Shown here one piece after another: positions 19,862 to 29,167 of a stretch of DNA of 32,000 bases. Numbering within the stretch: position 1 is the stretch's first letter; every line of letters begins with the position of its first letter. The position numbers and the translations under genes are program-made. Source of the DNA: Mycolicibacterium smegmatis (GTDB taxonomy: Bacteria; Actinomycetota; Actinomycetes; Mycobacteriales; Mycobacteriaceae); assembly GCF_001457595.1 (NCBI RefSeq), contig NZ_LN831039.1:3750001-3782000 (forward strand), given 5' to 3'. Under the pieces are notes generated by a model. That model was not told the DNA's origin, made no database searches, and was given only the letters and a program-made list of their open reading frames with translations.

Positions 19862-22702
19862 TCAGGCGAACGCCTCCACCGGCGGGCACGAGCACACCAG
19901 GTTGCGGTCGCCGTAGGCACCGTCGATGCGGCGCACGGGCGGCCACACCTTGGGACGCCAGCCCTTTCCGAGCGGGTAGGCCGCCTCTTCGCGGGTGTAG
20001 GGACGGTTCCAGTCGGCGACCAGCAGGCAGTCGGCGGTGTGCGGCGCGCCGCGCAGCGGGTTGTCATCGACAGGCCACTCCCCCGAGCCCACGCGGTCGA
20101 TCTCGCCGCGGATCGCGATCATGGCGTCGCAGAACGCGTCGACCTCGGCAAGGCTCTCGCTCTCGGTGGGCTCGACCATCAGCGTGCCCGACACCGGGAA
20201 GCTCATGGTGGGAGCGTGGAAACCGAAGTCCGCCAACCGCTTCGCCACGTCGTCGACCGTCACGCCGGTGGCCTTGGTGATGCCGCGCAGGTCCAGGATG
20301 CACTCGTGGGCGACCATGCCGTTCTCGCCCGTGTACAGCACCGGGAAGTACTCGTCGAGACGCCGCGCGACGTAGTTGGCCGACGCGATTGCGGTCAGTG
20401 TGGCCGCGCGCAGGCCGTCGGCGCCCATCATGCGGATGTACATCCACGTGATGGGCAAAATCGACGCCGAACCGTACGGCGCGGCCGACACGGTGTGGTC
20501 GTCGGACAGTTCGTCGGCGAGCGGATGTCCGGGCAGGTACGGCGCGAGGTGGGCACGCACCGCCACCGGGCCGACGCCGGGGCCACCGCCGCCGTGCGGG
20601 ATGCAGAACGTCTTGTGCAGGTTCAGGTGGCTGACGTCGCCACCGAAGCGTCCGGGGCGGGCCAGGCCCACCAGCGCGTTGAGGTTGGCGCCGTCGACGT
20701 ACACCTGACCGCCCACGTCGTGCACCGCCGCGCAGATGTCGGCGACGTCGTGCTCGTAGACACCGTGCGTCGACGGGTACGTGATCATCAGCGCCGCAAT
20801 GCGATCCGCGTGTTCTTTGACCTTGGTGCGCAGATCGTCGAGGTCGACGTCGCCGTTCTCACGGCATGCCACGACCACCACGCGCATACCGGCCAGCGCG
20901 GCCGAGGCCGCGTTGGTGCCGTGCGCGCTCGACGGGATCAGGCAGATGTCGCGGTCGGCGTCACCACGCGCCTCGTGGTAGGCCTTGATGGCCAGCAGGC
21001 CCGCGTACTCGCCCTGCGAACCCGCGTTGGGCTGCAGCGACACCTCGTCGTATCCGGTGATCGCGGTGAGCCAGGACTGCAGATCGGCGATCAGCTTGCG
21101 CAGGCCGGGCGTGTCGGAGGCGGGCGCGAACGGGTGCTGGCGCGAGAACTCGGTCCACGTGATCGGTTCCATCTCGGCGGCCGCGTTGAGCTTCATGGTG
21201 CACGAACCCAGGGGGATCATGCTGCGGTCCAGTGCGATGTCCTTGTCGGCCAGCGACCGCAGGTACCGCATCATCTCGGTTTCGGTGCGGTAGCGGTGAA
21301 ATGCCGGGTGGGTGAGGAATTCCGAGGTGCGCGTGGCGATGTCGGTGCCCGCGCCGTCGGTTCGCGTGGCGCCGAACGCCTCGATGACGGCGTCGATGTG
21401 CGCATCGGTGGTGGCCTCGTCGCACGAGACCGACACGTGGTCGTCGTCGACGCGCCAGAGGTTGATGTTCTTCGCCTTCGCGGCCGCGACCACCTCGTCG
21501 GCGCGGCCGGGCACGCGGACCAGCACGGTGTCGAAGAACTTGTCGTGCACCACCGCGTCACCGAGCGCGGATGCGATGGCGTCGGCATGGGCGTGCACGC
21601 GGCGCGCGATCGCGGTGAGGCCGGGGGCGCCGTGGTAGCTCGCGTACATCGCGGCGATCACCGCGAGCAGGACCTGCGCGGTGCAGATGTTGCTGGTGGC
21701 CTTGTCGCGGCGGATGTGCTGTTCGCGGGTCTGCAGCGCCAGCCGGTACGCGGGCGAGCCGTCGCTGTCGACCGAGACGCCGACGAGGCGTCCCGGCAAC
21801 TGGCGGGCGTGGTTGGCGTGCACCGCGAGGTAACCGGCGTGCGGACCGCCGAATCCCATTGGCACACCGAACCTCTGGGTGGTGCCGAAGGCGACGTCGG
21901 CGCCGATCTCACCGGGCGGGGTGATCAGCGTCAGCGCCAACAGGTCCGCACCGACGGCCACGAGCGCCTTGCGCTCGTGGGCCTGTTCGATCAGCGGTGC
22001 CCAGTCGACGACGGCACCGCTCGCGCCGGGGAGCTGCACGACGACGCCGAAGAACTCACCGTCGGGCAGGCCCTTGCTCAGGTCGGCGGTGACGATCTCG
22101 ATGCCCAGCGGCCTGGCACGGGTCGCGAGCACCGCCGCCGTCTGCGCGTACACGTCGGTGTCGACCAGCAGGCGGTTCACCTTGCTCCTGGTGGCGCGGT
22201 GCATGAGCGTCATGGCCTCGGCGGCCGCGGTGCCCTCGTCGAGCATCGATGCGTTGGCGACCTCGAGGCCGGTCAGATCGCACACCATGGTCTGGAAATT
22301 GAGCAGCGCCTCGAGCCGGCCCTGGCTGATCTCGGGCTGGTACGGCGTATAAGCCGTGTACCAGGCCGGATTCTCGAGGATGTTGCGCCGCAGCACCGCG
22401 GGCGTGAGCGTGTCGAAGTAGCCCTGACCGATCATCGACACGGCCACGGTGTTGGTGTCGGCCAGCGCGCGCAGCTCGGCGAGCGCCTCCTCCTCCGTCG
22501 CGGCAGGCGGAAGCTCGGCGAGCCCGGGCGCGCGACCCGCGGCGTCGAGCGCGTCGAGGATCCCGGTGGGCAGGGCCTTGGCGGCCAGCTCGTCGAGCGA
22601 GGACACACCGATCACGTCGAGCATGGTGGCGACGGCAGATTCGTCCGGGCCGATGTGACGGTCGACGAACTGCGGGTTACGCGCTTGTGGCTGGTCGGAC
22701 AC
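19862..22702 (-). CDS. gcvP: glycine dehydrogenase (decarboxylating), glycine cleavage P protein
   Basis: 946-aa single-chain P protein ([19 protein letters not shown]..., PLP-lysine region [16 protein letters not shown]). The GTG start is preceded by AGGGAG. It lies downstream of a glycine riboswitch (called gcvB, Rv1832, in M. tuberculosis). Confidence 0.98.
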   Translation of the reverse strand: MSDQPQARNPQFVDRHIGPDESAVATMLDVIGVSSLDELAAKALPTGILDALDAAGRAPGLAELPPAATEEEALAELRALADTNTVAVSMIGQGYFDTLTPAVLRRNILENPAWYTAYTPYQPEISQGRLEALLNFQTMVCDLTGLEVANASMLDEGTAAAEAMTLMHRATRSKVNRLLVDTDVYAQTAAVLATRARPLGIEIVTADLSKGLPDGEFFGVVVQLPGASGAVVDWAPLIEQAHERKALVAVGADLLALTLITPPGEIGADVAFGTTQRFGVPMGFGGPHAGYLAVHANHARQLPGRLVGVSVDSDGSPAYRLALQTREQHIRRDKATSNICTAQVLLAVIAAMYASYHGAPGLTAIARRVHAHADAIASALGDAVVHDKFFDTVLVRVPGRADEVVAAAKAKNINLWRVDDDHVSVSCDEATTDAHIDAVIEAFGATRTDGAGTDIATRTSEFLTHPAFHRYRTETEMMRYLRSLADKDIALDRSMIPLGSCTMKLNAAAEMEPITWTEFSRQHPFAPASDTPGLRKLIADLQSWLTAITGYDEVSLQPNAGSQGEYAGLLAIKAYHEARGDADRDICLIPSSAHGTNAASAALAGMRVVVVACRENGDVDLDDLRTKVKEHADRIAALMITYPSTHGVYEHDVADICAAVHDVGGQVYVDGANLNALVGLARPGRFGGDVSHLNLHKTFCIPHGGGGPGVGPVAVRAHLAPYLPGHPLADELSDDHTVSAAPYGSASILPITWMYIRMMGADGLRAATLTAIASANYVARRLDEYFPVLYTGENGMVAHECILDLRGITKATGVTVDDVAKRLADFGFHAPTMSFPVSGTLMVEPTESESLAEVDAFCDAMIAIRGEIDRVGSGEWPVDDNPLRGAPHTADCLLVADWNRPYTREEAAYPLGKGWRPKVWPPVRRIDGAYGDRNLVCSCPPVEAFA

Positions 22703-22779
22703 GTGATCTCCCTGTGGGCACGCGGCTCGGCCGCAGGGGTCGAGGCGCAGACGTACGTACTGGTCGTACTACTGTCCCT

Positions 22780-22980
22780 CTCCCTCTGTCGTCGACCCGA
22801 TCGGGCGCCTGAGAGATTCGGCCCACGACCGTGCGAGCCTTTCCCCATGGGCGGGCGCCTGCCGGCGCCGCTTTCCAGAGGCATCGTGGCCTGGTGCGGT
22901 CCTGGGTGCCTGAGAGGTTGACGGAGAGGTGTTGCTCCTTCGGCGCCCGTGACTGGCGATCACGGAACTCTCCCGCACAG
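22780..22980 (-). ncRNA. tandem glycine riboswitch (two gcvT-type aptamers) in the gcvP leader
   Basis: Minus-strand aptamer 1: GCGGGAGAGuuccgugaucgccagucacgggCGCCGAAGGAGCAAcaccucuccgucaaCCUCUCAGGCacccAGGACCGC. Minus-strand aptamer 2: CCUCUGGAAAGcggcgccggcaggcgcccgcccauGGGGAAAGgcucgc...gggccgAAUCUCUCAGGCgcccgaucgggucgaCGACAGAGG. These are the hallmark GGAGAG / ACCGAAGGrGCAA / CUCUCAGG / GACAG blocks. Confidence 0.9.
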
Positions 22981-22995
22981 GTCGATGCGCTGCAA

Positions 22996-23001
22996 ATTCT
23001 A
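22996..23001 (-). promoter_or_regulatory. -10 hexamer TAGAAT for the riboswitch-gcvP transcript
   Basis: The minus strand reads ...GAGCGGTAGAATTTGCAGCGCATCGACCTGTGCGGGAGAG. TAGAAT fits the mycobacterial TANNNT and lies about 20 nt upstream of the first aptamer, 34 nt after the resR-like stop. Confidence 0.4.
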
Positions 23002-23034
23002 CCGCTCGACCCGGGATGTGGTGAGTCGGTGCGT

Positions 23035-23649
23035 TCAGCCGATCTTGCGGTCGCGGCTCTTGCGACGCGACGCCAGCTCGTCCTCGGGCGCCGCTATCGC
23101 CTCGCCGCCATCGGCGCGCTCGCTCGGGAAGTCGGCGATGACGCCGGTCAGCTCGCGCATGGCGCCCGACACCGCGATGCCGAACACGCCCTGGCCGCCC
23201 TGCAGGAGGTCGACGACCTCTTCGGCCGACGTGCACTCGTAGACGGTCGTGCCGTCGGAGAACAGCGTGATGTTGGCGAGGTCCTGCACACCGCGCTGGC
23301 GTAGGTGGTCGACCGCGACGCGGATGTTGTGCAGCGAGATACCGGTGTCCAGCAGACGCTTGACGATCTTGAGGACCAGGATGTCCTTGAACGAGTAGAG
23401 CCGCTGGCTGCCCGAACCCGCCGCGCTGCGGATGGACGGCACCACCAGCGAGGTGCGGGCCCAGTAATCCAACTGCCGGTAGGTGATGCCTGCGATCTGG
23501 CACGCGCTGGGACCGCGGTAACCGACGAGTTCGTCGGGCACGGAGTCGTCGGGGAACAACCCTGCCTGCACGGGTTCGCTGGACGGCCTGACAGGTGGCT
23601 CTGCCCCAGTGGTCAGATCCAACTCTCCCTGCCGTGGCGTGTCACCCAC
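23035..23649 (-). CDS. resR: MerR-family transcriptional regulator (Rv1830-like; ResR/McdR)
   Basis: 204-aa ORF with a GTG start. The MerR HTH is YRGPSACQIAGITYRQLDYWARTSLVVPSIRSAAGSGSQRLYSFKDILVLKIVKRLLDTGISL. It has a disordered N-terminal ~45 aa and a basic tail. Its position between the DUF151 gene and gcvP matches Rv1830. Confidence 0.85.
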   Translation of the reverse strand: MGDTPRQGELDLTTGAEPPVRPSSEPVQAGLFPDDSVPDELVGYRGPSACQIAGITYRQLDYWARTSLVVPSIRSAAGSGSQRLYSFKDILVLKIVKRLLDTGISLHNIRVAVDHLRQRGVQDLANITLFSDGTTVYECTSAEEVVDLLQGGQGVFGIAVSGAMRELTGVIADFPSERADGGEAIAAPEDELASRRKSRDRKIG

Positions 23650-23902
23650 TGTGAATCCTCTCGCCGATCGAACTCGTCCGCCGTCTGTCGCAGCAACTCG
23701 CTCCTGCGACGGTCCGCCCCAAGCCCGAATGTGTCGAGCATACGCTTCCCGCCGGGTCCTGACTGCTGGCTGCTGTGAAAAGTATGGCTGCCGAAATCCC
23801 CCTCGGATGCCACCACAACCGCGTGTCGAACGCGATAGTCCCAGTTGAGACGCTTCCGTGACCTACCCGGCACTACAGCGAAATCCGTCGGAACCCGCTA
23901 CC

Positions 23903-24397
23903 TCAGGTGGCCTTGAAATCGTCCGGCGACACGCTGTCGAGGAACTCCTTGAACTTCTCCACCTCGTCCTCGCGAACGGTGCCGGACTCTTCCTCGTCGT
24001 TCTCGTCGGGGATCAGCAGGCCGGCCTCGGCCAGCACCGCCTCTTCCACGTAGATCGGGACGCCGACGCGCAGCGCGATCGCCACCGAATCCGACGGCCG
24101 TGCCGACACCTTGATGTCGCGGTCGAAGATCAGGTCGGCGTAGAACGTGCCTTCCTGCAGATCGACGATGCGCACCTCTTTGAGCGAATGTCCCAGTGCC
24201 GCAATGAGATCTCGGATCAGATCGTGCGTCAACGGCCGGGCGGGTTCGACGCCCTGCTGTTCCAGCGCGATCGCGGCCGCCTCCGACTGCCCGATCCAAA
24301 TCGGCAGGTAACGGTCGCCGTTGGATTCGCGCAGCAGCAGTACCGGCTGGTTCTGCGGCTGTTCCACACGAATGCCGACCACCCGAACCTCAGCCAT
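23903..24397 (-). CDS. DUF151 bifunctional-nuclease-family protein (Rv1829-like)
   Basis: 164-aa ORF MAEVRVVGIRVEQPQNQPVLLLRESNGDRYLPIWIGQSEAAAIALEQQGVEPARPLTHDLIRDLI..., with an acidic C-terminal tail. GGAGGG is upstream. Confidence 0.88.
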   Translation of the reverse strand: MAEVRVVGIRVEQPQNQPVLLLRESNGDRYLPIWIGQSEAAAIALEQQGVEPARPLTHDLIRDLIAALGHSLKEVRIVDLQEGTFYADLIFDRDIKVSARPSDSVAIALRVGVPIYVEEAVLAEAGLLIPDENDEEESGTVREDEVEKFKEFLDSVSPDDFKAT

Positions 24398-24490
24398 CTG
24401 TGCCTACCCTCCGCACCGCTGTGCTGTATCGTCCGTGCCTTCGAGAGCGACCTGTCATCACGACCGAGCCGCCGAAATCGAGTCTAATCC

Positions 24491-25255
24491 TCAGCGATCC
24501 AGAACGTCGCGTACGGCCGACTTGATCAGCGACGTGTGAAGCGTGATCGCCAGCGCCGCGACCTCGCGGGCCAGATCGTCGGCGCGGTCACGCGCACCGG
24601 CCTTGCCCGCCTTGACCACCGGTCCGGCGATCTGCGCGATGAGATCGGACTGCCGGTCGGCCGCGGAGCGGAACGCGCGCAGGTGCCGGGGTTCGACGCC
24701 GTATTCCTCGAGCGCCTTGGCGCACTGGGCGATCACCACCGAATGCTCGTCGAACAGACCGCCCTTGCCCGGTGTGATCACGCCGTTCTTGATCAGCGCG
24801 CCCAACAGCGTCTCGTCGACGCCCGAGCGCTGGAGCAGATCCTCGCGCGTGAGCCGGATCTGTGTGGGCGCCATGCCCGACGCGGCCCGTGACACGCCGT
24901 CGGCCGTGGTGGTGCCGCCGTCGGCACCACCGTCACCGACGGGTACCAGCCGCGGCACCGCGTAGGCGGATCCGGTCTGGGGCAGTTCACCGTCGGGCAG
25001 CGCGTCGAGTTGCGCCTTGATGACTTTGAGCGGCAGGTACTGATCGCGTTGCGCGGTGAGGATGAACCGCAGCCGGGCACAGTCGTAGGCGGTGAACCGC
25101 CGGTACCCCGAAGCGGTGCGCTCCGGGGTCACCAGACCTTCGGCCTCCAGGAACCGGATCTTGGAGATGGTCACGTCCGGGAAGTCGGACCGGAGCAGGT
25201 CGAGGACCGCACCGATCGACATCCCGGCTGGTGCTGATCTGTCCGGATGGGTCAT
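24491..25255 (-). CDS. ftsR: MerR-family regulator, FtsR-like (Rv1828 / C. glutamicum Cg1631 type)
   Basis: 254-aa ORF. The N-terminal MerR HTH is [75 protein letters not shown]. The conserved C-terminal domain is ...[65 protein letters not shown]. It lies directly downstream of garA, as described for ftsR and odhI. Confidence 0.88.
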   Translation of the reverse strand: MTHPDRSAPAGMSIGAVLDLLRSDFPDVTISKIRFLEAEGLVTPERTASGYRRFTAYDCARLRFILTAQRDQYLPLKVIKAQLDALPDGELPQTGSAYAVPRLVPVGDGGADGGTTTADGVSRAASGMAPTQIRLTREDLLQRSGVDETLLGALIKNGVITPGKGGLFDEHSVVIAQCAKALEEYGVEPRHLRAFRSAADRQSDLIAQIAGPVVKAGKAGARDRADDLAREVAALAITLHTSLIKSAVRDVLDR

Positions 25256-25290
25256 CGGCTGTTCGCGCAGGCGCTCATCGCCGCCATGGG

Positions 25291-25767
25291 TCAGGCGTTC
25301 GAGCCGCTGTCGTCGGACTTGGGCCCGGTCAGGAACACCAGACGGAACTTGCCGATCTGCACCTCGTCGCCGTTGGCGAGCACGGCCGAATCGACCGGTT
25401 CACGGTTGACGTAGGTGCCGTTGAGGCTGCCCACGTCGACCACCTGGAACTCGCCGCCCTCCAGGCGGAACTCCGCGTGCCGACGGCTCACGGTGACGTC
25501 GTCGAGGAAGATGTCGCTGTCGGGGTGCCGACCGGCCGACGTGGTCGGCTGGTCGAGTAGGAAACGTGACCCCGCGTTCGGTCCACGCTTGACGACAAGC
25601 AAAGCCGACCCCGAGGGCAGGCCCTCGACGCCCGACACGGCGCCTTCGGTACCCGCCGCGGCGGGGGCGTCCAGTTCGTTCAGGAAGTCGGCGCGGAAGA
25701 CCGATGTGGTCTCTACCGTCACATCCTCCGACTGGTCCGCCCCCAAATTGCTGTCTTTGTCCGTCAC
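25291..25767 (-). CDS. garA: FHA-domain regulator GarA (OdhI homologue)
   Basis: From GTG 25767 (GAGGAG 6 nt upstream): (M)[31 protein letters not shown]..., with the ETTS phospho-threonine motif and an FHA domain ([16 protein letters not shown]...[22 protein letters not shown]...LNGTYVNRE). This gives 158 aa. The 27 extra N-terminal codons in the track ORF are unlikely. Confidence 0.95.
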   Translation of the reverse strand: MTDKDSNLGADQSEDVTVETTSVFRADFLNELDAPAAAGTEGAVSGVEGLPSGSALLVVKRGPNAGSRFLLDQPTTSAGRHPDSDIFLDDVTVSRRHAEFRLEGGEFQVVDVGSLNGTYVNREPVDSAVLANGDEVQIGKFRLVFLTGPKSDDSGSNA

Positions 25768-25943
25768 CCGCTGCTCCTCACTGGCTGCTGTGGCGTTGCC
25801 CGACGGGGCCTGGGCCGTCGCCGGTCTAACGTTGACCGTACCGCGCAATGGGCGTCGCTGTACTCACCACCGCCGGATCCGATGGGGTGGATGTCTGCGC
25901 GCCGGGCACGGTCGATCCGGTCGTGCAAAACCCTAACAATCCG

Positions 25944-26339
25944 TCACTCGGTGACGACCGCGCGGTAGCCCTCCGCGTCCAGCAAACCGCCGAGCGCCTC
26001 GTCGAGGGTGCCCGCCTCGACCCGCAGGTCGACCAGCCAGCCCTCGCCGTACGGATCGGAGTTGACCAGCTCGGGGCTGCCTTCCAGATCACCGTTGACG
26101 GCAACGACTTTCGCGGTGACCGGTGCGTAGAGATCCGACACCGACTTGGTGGATTCGACCTCGCCGAACGCGTCGCCCGAGGCGACGTCGGCGCCGACGT
26201 CGGGCAGCTGGACGAACACCACGTCGCCGAGGGCGGACTGCGCGTAGTCGGTGATGCCGACGCGCACCGTGTCGTCACCGGTGCGCAACACCCACTCGTG
26301 CTCGGAGGTGTAGTACAGGTCGGCTGGGATCTCGCTCAC
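25944..26339 (-). CDS. gcvH: glycine cleavage system H protein (lipoyl carrier)
   Basis: 131-aa ORF with YTSEHEWV and the lipoyl-lysine motif [15 protein letters not shown]. Confidence 0.96.
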   Translation of the reverse strand: MSEIPADLYYTSEHEWVLRTGDDTVRVGITDYAQSALGDVVFVQLPDVGADVASGDAFGEVESTKSVSDLYAPVTAKVVAVNGDLEGSPELVNSDPYGEGWLVDLRVEAGTLDEALGGLLDAEGYRAVVTE

Positions 26340-26361
26340 GGCGCTCCTTGTGTTGTCCGGG

Positions 26362-27195
26362 TCATTTGACGGGCTGAGCGTATTGGCGCGGTTTCGGTTG
26401 CCGCAAGGCGGTGACGTCGACCTGCTCGGCTTGTTGTATCACCATCGTGCCGCCGACACGCTTGACGCTGTCCATCGCGCCGCCGGGGATGTTCATCGCG
26501 GCGGCCAGGGTGGGCGGATCCCCAATGGCGAGAACCGAATAGGGCGGACGCACCGTGACGTCGTCGAAGATCAGCTCGCCGGGCGTGCCCGCGATCCAGG
26601 TGTCGACGCCGACGCGCACCGCGGTCTGCTGGTCACCGCCGCCGCGGATCTCGATGGCCTCGGCTCCGGCCGCACGCAACTCGTTGATGACGTCGAGCAT
26701 GGTCTCCGCCGAGACGCCGGGTCCGGTGTCGGTGATGGTCAACGTCACACCGGGCCCGGTGGCCGCCACCGTGCCGATCTGGATCGACAGCGCGGCCAGA
26801 CGGGCCTGGGCGTTCTCGATCGCGGCCTGGTCGCTGCTGCCGGAGGCCTGCAGTTCCTGCAGCGTGCGCCGCAGATCGGCCACCTCGGTGTTGAGCGACG
26901 CCTCGCGTTGCTGAAGTGAATCGAGCAACACGAGAAGGTCCGCGGGCCTGGCGGTCTCCAGCGAATCGCCGGATTCGTTCTGGCGCACCTGCGTGACGAT
27001 CGCGACGCCGAGCAGCAGGCACAGCAGCACGCCGAGCGCGCCGAACATCAACTGCGAACGGGTCTTGGGCGCCGCGGCGGGATCGCGCTTGAACATCCGG
27101 AACCGCGAGGTGGGTTCCGGCATCTCGTGGCGGCCGTGGTGTTCGGCACCGCGACCGGTGGGTGCCGCGGTCGGGTTCTCGGGGTTCTCGGTCAT
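26362..27195 (-). CDS. DUF881-family membrane protein (Rv1825-like; YlxW/YlxX type)
   Basis: 277-aa ORF with one TM ([22 protein letters not shown]), a coiled-coil stretch ([27 protein letters not shown]) and a C-terminal DUF881-like domain. It is a paralogue of 27584..28507 and flanks sbp. Confidence 0.85.
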   Translation of the reverse strand: MTENPENPTAAPTGRGAEHHGRHEMPEPTSRFRMFKRDPAAAPKTRSQLMFGALGVLLCLLLGVAIVTQVRQNESGDSLETARPADLLVLLDSLQQREASLNTEVADLRRTLQELQASGSSDQAAIENAQARLAALSIQIGTVAATGPGVTLTITDTGPGVSAETMLDVINELRAAGAEAIEIRGGGDQQTAVRVGVDTWIAGTPGELIFDDVTVRPPYSVLAIGDPPTLAAAMNIPGGAMDSVKRVGGTMVIQQAEQVDVTALRQPKPRQYAQPVK

Positions 27196-27221
27196 GTCAA
27201 CAATCCGGACATCGGAAAATC

Positions 27222-27554
27222 TCAGGCTCCGAACAGTCTGCGCCGCAACGCCGCGGCGTTTCCGAAGATCCGGATTCCCAGCACCACGATGATCGCGGTC
27301 GACAACTGCGTGCCCACCCCCAGCTGGTCACCGAGGTACACGATCAGGGCCGCCACGAGCACGTTGAACACGAACGACACCACGAACACCTTGGAGTCGA
27401 AGATCTTCTCCAGATAGGCACGCAGCCCGCCGAACACCGCGTCGAGCGCCGCGACCACGGCGATCGGCAGGTACGGCTCGACGACCTCCGGCACGTCGGG
27501 GCGGAACACCAGCCCCAGGACGATGCCGACGACAAGAGCAACGATCCCGATCAT
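27222..27554 (-). CDS. sbp: small basic membrane protein Sbp (DUF1290; Rv1824-like)
   Basis: 110-aa hydrophobic ORF MIGIVALVVGIVLGLVFRPDVPEVVEPYLPIAVVAALDAVFGGLRAYLEKIFD... with a basic tail RRRLFGA. It is sandwiched between two DUF881 genes, as in the B. subtilis ylxW-ylxX-sbp arrangement. Confidence 0.8.
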   Translation of the reverse strand: MIGIVALVVGIVLGLVFRPDVPEVVEPYLPIAVVAALDAVFGGLRAYLEKIFDSKVFVVSFVFNVLVAALIVYLGDQLGVGTQLSTAIIVVLGIRIFGNAAALRRRLFGA

Positions 27555-27583
27555 CTAGTCCGTCAATCCCGTTCTACCCACTG

Positions 27584-28507
27584 CTATCCAATCTGCTTGC
27601 CGAACCTGACATCTCGCACCGCGACCGCGGGCACGTCGAGGCCGTCGCCCATGCTCACGTTGACCCCTGCGCCGTACGAGGTCTCCAACAGCCGCAGGCG
27701 CTGCAGCGCGGGGCTGCGGTCGAACACCTGCGCCATGGCGTTCGGCGGGCCGATCGCCACGATCTCGTACGGACTGGTGATCGGTTGATTGTCGACCAGG
27801 ATGCCGCCGCCGGCCTGCCGAATGGTGACCCCGGCCCCCACGCGCACGCCGCCCACGGAGATGGCCTCCGCTCCGCTGGCCCACAGCGAGTTGACCACCA
27901 GTTGCAGATCCCGGTCGAGGATGACCTGCTGGCTGCCCGCGACGCGTTGCTTGGACACGTCGCTGAGATCGCGCGACATACCCGGATCCGTGACCGTGAC
28001 GGTGAGCCCCGGACCGATCATCGGAACAGCCGCGGCGGCGACGTTCGCCGAGTCGAGATCGTCGAGCAACCGCTGACCGTCGGCGTCCATGCCGAGGCGC
28101 CTGCGCTGCTCGGTGTCGACCGCCTCGGCCAGGGCGTTGCGCTCGGCGCCGGACTGATCGGCCGCGGTCTCGGCGGCGCGCACCCGCGCCGCGAGCGCGT
28201 GCTGGGCCTCCCGCGCCGCAGGCGCAGCGAGCTGCACCTGGGCCGCCGCGATCGCGAAGACCGCGGCGATCGCCAGGGCCGCGAGCACCTCCCAGCCCCA
28301 TTCGAAGACACGCTTGCGCGGGGGCTTTCCGGCCTTGCGTTCCTCGGCGGCCGCGGCGTAGCCGGGATCGAGGTGCTCCGACAGCAGCGACCGCAGCAGC
28401 GACGGCACCGGGATGCGGGTCGGCGCGCCGGCCTCGTGGCGGTTGAGGCCCGCGTTGGGGTCGGTGTACGGACGGGTGAACGAGCCGTACCCGCCGAGCG
28501 TGCTCAT
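27584..28507 (-). CDS. DUF881-family membrane protein (Rv1823-like)
   Basis: 307-aa ORF with a TM ([20 protein letters not shown]), an Ala/Arg-rich coiled coil, and a C-terminal domain alignable to the other DUF881 copy ([10 protein letters not shown].. / [10 protein letters not shown]..; ..[12 protein letters not shown].. / ..[12 protein letters not shown]..). Confidence 0.85.
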   Translation of the reverse strand: MSTLGGYGSFTRPYTDPNAGLNRHEAGAPTRIPVPSLLRSLLSEHLDPGYAAAAEERKAGKPPRKRVFEWGWEVLAALAIAAVFAIAAAQVQLAAPAAREAQHALAARVRAAETAADQSGAERNALAEAVDTEQRRRLGMDADGQRLLDDLDSANVAAAAVPMIGPGLTVTVTDPGMSRDLSDVSKQRVAGSQQVILDRDLQLVVNSLWASGAEAISVGGVRVGAGVTIRQAGGGILVDNQPITSPYEIVAIGPPNAMAQVFDRSPALQRLRLLETSYGAGVNVSMGDGLDVPAVAVRDVRFGKQIG

Positions 28508-28517
28508 CGGGCCCTGC

Positions 28518-29144
28518 TCATCGAACCGGATCCATCCGCCGCACCACCAGGACGACCTGCATCAGGTACAGCACCGCCGACCACAGGTACAGCAGCAGCC
28601 CCCAGATCAAAAACGCCCAGCCGCACGCCAGCACGACCCGGCTCCACAGCGCATCCCACTGTCCCAGCAGCACCAGCGGGAATCCCGACATCAGCGCGAA
28701 CGTCGCGGCCTTGCCGATGTAGGTGACGGGCAGCGCCGCCAGACCGCGACTGCGCAACACGGGAAGCGTCGCGGCGAGCACGGCGTCACGGCCCAGAAGC
28801 GTCAGCACGAGCCACCACGGCACCGCGCCGTAGAGCGCGAGCGCGACCGGGACGGTCACCATGTAGATGCGATCCACCAGCGGGTCGAGCAGCTCGCCGA
28901 GCCGCGACGACTGGTTGGCGACCAGCCGGGCGATCTTGCCGTCGGCCCAGTCGGAGAAACCGCTGAACATCAGGACCGCGACGGCCCAGCCCTGCGCGTG
29001 CGCGACCAGCAGCAGGTACAGGAACACGGGCACCAGCAGCAGGCGCACGAAGCTCAGCACGTTGGGTACCGTCAGCACCCGGTCGCGCCCCTCGTCCGCC
29101 GCAGGCACCGCGCTCCCGCCCTGGGCAGCAGGCGCGTCTTCCAT
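28518..29144 (-). CDS. pgsA2: CDP-alcohol phosphatidyltransferase (PgsA2-like; probable cardiolipin synthase)
   Basis: 208-aa membrane ORF with the family signature D(x)2DG(x)2AR(x)8G(x)3D(x)3D, seen in [30 protein letters not shown]. Its position after secA2 matches Rv1822. Confidence 0.9.
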   Translation of the reverse strand: MEDAPAAQGGSAVPAADEGRDRVLTVPNVLSFVRLLLVPVFLYLLLVAHAQGWAVAVLMFSGFSDWADGKIARLVANQSSRLGELLDPLVDRIYMVTVPVALALYGAVPWWLVLTLLGRDAVLAATLPVLRSRGLAALPVTYIGKAATFALMSGFPLVLLGQWDALWSRVVLACGWAFLIWGLLLYLWSAVLYLMQVVLVVRRMDPVR

Positions 29145-29167
29145 GCCTAGAACCTAATGGCTGGGGC

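Noticed and set aside
22769-23503. 244-aa minus-strand ORF, plus small ORFs 22612..22884, 22831..23304 and 22949..23242 around the gcvP leader.
   Set aside because: They span the glycine riboswitch and overlap the resR-like gene out of frame. Their composition is Arg/Pro/Gly junk, and the RNA element accounts for the sequence conservation.
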